Translations under genes and position numbers: made by a program
Source: Cyanophora paradoxa CCMP329
Lineage: Eukaryota; Plantae; Glaucophyta
Direction: 5' to 3'
NCBI GenBank assembly: GCA_004431415.1
Contig: QPMI01000569.1
Location: 310,001 to 374,000 of the forward strand
DNA length: 64,000 nt
In this document: positions 60,701 through 64,000 of the stretch, in pieces
Layout: the number at the start of each line of letters is the position of its first letter
Numbering within the stretch: position 1 is the stretch's first letter
Notes under the pieces: model-generated
Database searches by the model: none
What the model was told of the DNA's origin: nothing
Seen by the model: only the letters and a program-made list of their open reading frames with translations

Positions 60701-61110
60701 GGGGGTCGCAGGAGTTCGGCAGGAATAGTGTACGTAGCGACGTACTCTGTTGGGGTCCGATTCCCTTGCTGCCACCGAGGCGTCGAATGCAGCGTTGAAG
60801 GCATCGTAAATCTCTTGTGTGAGAAGCGGCAGACCGTTGTGTGTGAGCTGCCGCCTAGCGAAGAACTTGATGAGGTCACGTCGGAGCCTCTCGTACCAGG
60901 CGTAAACTCTGCCGCATGTGTAACCGCCAGCAGCGTACACATGCACGTTCGCAAATTTCTTCATGAACTGGCCGCAAACACAGTATTAACTTTTCGGGTG
61001 AACTCGACACCAGCCGCGATGATCGTATAAAATAGAAACGCACGGGGTGCACTCCTGAGGGAAGCAGACCGGTGTCCCTTCGCAACCAATCCAATCCAGG
61101 TGACGCGCCC

Positions 61111-61927
61111 TCAGATTCCTGCGCACAACATTTGAGTGTCATCAAGTAGTTGCAGGACGCCAGCTGCGGAGGCAGGAGGCATTATGCACTCGAGTTCGGA
61201 TCTTGATCGCGGGTTAACGTCTTCGATGCCTGAAAGCGATGACGCAAGAACGCGATCGCGGAGGCCAGCAGTAGTATTTATTGTATGCGAGAGAGTACGT
61301 ACTCCAGCTCCCGTGTCTTGCACGTATTTCAAAATCCGGGGCACGGAGTAATACGGATGATGCGTGGTTAATACGTGACCATTTTCAACGTAGTAGAATG
61401 GGTGCAGGAGGCCCAGGTAATCCACGTTGATGGAATTGTGTGCGTGATGAGGGTCATACACGCTGCAAACGTTGCGACCGGGTGGCTAAGGTCGTCTCCT
61501 GGCACGTAGATTGCACATGCAGCGAGGTCGTACGATGATACTATACGCTCAATAGTATTCGAACCCATGACACTGATCTGAGCAACAAGATTTGAAAATC
61601 AAAATGAGACCGTTCAGAATATTCTGCATGTAACAGGCACCTGCAGAGGTAGGACCCCTGGGCCATGATCTGGACGCCGTAGGCAAAAGGTGCACAGAAG
61701 ACATCCACGGTTTTATTCTTTGGTAGGTAAGGCGCGACTCGTTCTGCGGAGGCGCGGGCTGCAGCTTGGTAGAAGGCGGTGACAACGCGAGTGAATTCTG
61801 CAACGGTCGAGGCTTTTACGTAGATGTCGATATCGTTCCTGCAGGCTACTATCAGGACGAACGGTTCGCGCTCACGTTTTCGCGCATGCATGCGTACAGT
61901 GCCATTCGGTAGGCTATCGGCGGGCAC
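61111..61927 (-). CDS. Possible nucleotidyltransferase-like gene (fragmented or intron-containing)
   Basis: NDIDIYV, FQILL, IVSSYDLAACAI and RILKY occur in the order seen in viral-type Pol-beta-fold NTases; the upstream G[G/S] motif was not located. Confidence 0.3.
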
Positions 61928-64000
61928 GTGATGGCTTTGAAGGGGAGGCCACCTGTGCGTGTAGAGAGGATGCGTATGTATGTATACGTAGGCATGGAAC
62001 GATGAGCGAAGGACGGACCTGATATGAACACGCAGCTTGGTATGTCAGAAGGAAGGTACGAAATTAAGGCGTGGTCGCGGAGACGCTCCCGAAAGCCGCA
62101 GGGTGTGCATAAAAGCCGTCCATCACAGGCAAACCTGGTCCAATGATCCCATGATCCCGGCAGCCATCGTCAATGGCCCTTCCGAGCATATCACCGCTCT
62201 GTAAAAACTGGAGTAGGAGCACGCATGACATTAGCTATAGTACCATGTGTTTACCGGATGCGCAAGCAAAGTATAGAACATGCGTGTGTGCGAACCTCGT
62301 GGGCGCGATACATAGATCGGTGGTGGTGGGCTTGTACAAGGCACTCAGATTAAAGCGCGCCGCGAGATATGATGCTAGCTTTCGCCGAGGATGATTGATC
62401 GCGCCTGTGATATCGTACAAGTCGTACATGGCCGCCGAGGAACAGGATATACGGAGAGAGACTGCTGACAGCTATTCTCGGAAGTGTCGCTGACGGAGCG
62501 ATAGCACAGGGGCAGATGCTCGCGTCGGGAAGGATACTGGGAAGGAAGAGACGACGGAATGGTTTTGGGTATTTTGGGCTGTGACGCGGACGCCCTCATA
62601 CGAGGGTACAGGCCCGAAGAGTAAAAGTGACCGTTGTACAAGCACTAGGAGAGATCACTGAGGCCAAACAATAGCGGCGCGTTATGCAGAGCGGAGAAGT
62701 GCGAGAGCGAACGAGGAAGAGACGGCTTCGACCCCATAGGAACACACACGTCGGCAGAGTCAGCAACAAGCGCACGTAAGGCAGTTCAAGAAGCGGCTGA
62801 TGATACGCAAACGGACAAGCGGCCAGAACCAGAGGTGCGTGTGCATTTGCTGGCGGGATTGAAGAGATCGCCCAACGAGTACGCCCATGCGCGCATCGGG
62901 CTGCGCAGGGAGACCGGAGAGATGATGATAGCGATTGCCCGTCGTGCCACTGGGCGGAAATCTGCAGAGTGCGGAGGGTGCAGATCTGGCGTTGTGTAAA
63001 ACCTCTGCATCTGAAAACGACTGACGGCTGCTATTGTTGCGGCGTTGTAAATTGCAGGCAAGGCATGTAAGATGGCGGATGGCGAGGTGCAAGGCAGCGA
63101 CAGCGACAGCACAGTGACGACTCAAGTAAGTGAATCGAGAATTTCATGCCCGCATGAATTGCTATCAGATTGATGGCTTGCATTTCCGTATTGATTGCAG
63201 TACTGACGACCCCGATATTCCCAATTCTTCCTATTTCGGACGGGGACTCTATAAGAATGAACGGCCTCCTGACGAGGCTGCAGAAGGTATCGATCGAAAT
63301 GGTAATTTTGACGGAGGCAATTGATGAATTGGCATCAAGCGACCAGGAAATAGTTGCTCTGACATGAGAAAGAGCTCTGTGCACGCATGGTGTTCATGCA
63401 GTTTTTTAAGATCGAGCATCAGCATCTTGAGACGGCAATCCAGTTATTTCCGAGTCAAGAACAGGCATAGGCCTGCCGACTCTCGATGTGTATCCGAATA
63501 TCAATCATAGTGTATGAAGTATAGAATTACAGGCTACATAGGGGGAGCGGCACGGGTCCAGAGGGCGGTGTTCATAGGTGAGAGGACGTTGGAGGGCAGA
63601 TGCATAGCTATAGGGCGAGGGCAACGGCTTCAGTGACGACGCGTAGCCGGTGCAAATGTTCGAATCGGAGGTCCGGGTCGGCGATCTTGAGGCGCCGAGA
63701 GCGGTCTCTAAATCTATGCTCACAGACCGAGTCACGGGCGAAGGCTTCCCTATAGCACTGGAGGGTGCGGGTGCACCTGCGCAACTTGCATGCCTGATCA
63801 TTGGAGAGGTCATCGTCGGCGGCTCGCACACGCAATGCGGCCGGAGGCGGCAAAGGCGAGAGCGGAAGGAGCAAGGACGTCGGGCTCCAGAGGTACCGTA
63901 GCTTCATTTCGACCAAGTGAAGCTCGCGCAGATGGTCATGTACTGCGCAATGAGCTGCGGGCGAGTCAGCAGAGAGGCGGGGTCGGAAGCTAAAGGTTTA

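Overview
Eukaryotic DNA from a GC-rich, intron-dense protist or alga, built as a mosaic of host genes and mobile elements. (1) 1-6504 is an AT-rich, intronless end of an endogenous DNA virus-like element. It holds an array of paralogous fibre-like genes (shared N-terminus, different C-terminal domains), a Zn-ribbon gene, a prokaryote-type AdoMet decarboxylase and palindromic iteron-like repeats. It ends in a perfect 29-bp hairpin whose loop is three GCGAAGC mini-hairpins, fused into a Ty3/gypsy pol gene. (2) 9.6-34.3 kb holds host genes (TMEM53/DUF829, SMARCAL1-like helicase, WD40 plus membrane protein, RWP-RK factor). SMARCAL1 has many GC-AG introns. This stretch also carries CACTA, hAT and Tc1/mariner non-autonomous elements and tandem repeats. 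(3) 35064-36348 is the opposite-facing terminus of a second, related AT-rich element, with the same architecture but different iteron sequence. (4) 36.4-43 kb and 54-64 kb are intermediate-GC blocks that share paralogous orphan genes; the second contains a divergent intron-containing histone H3 and SUMO-like domains. (5) 43-54 kb is a GC-rich block containing a RAG1/Transib-like DDE transposase with all catalytic and Zn-binding residues, arranged tail-to-tail with a BAH-like domain gene in the position RAG2 occupies in RAG transposons. All calls come from reading motifs by eye; no searches were run, and the boundaries of intron-containing genes are approximate.
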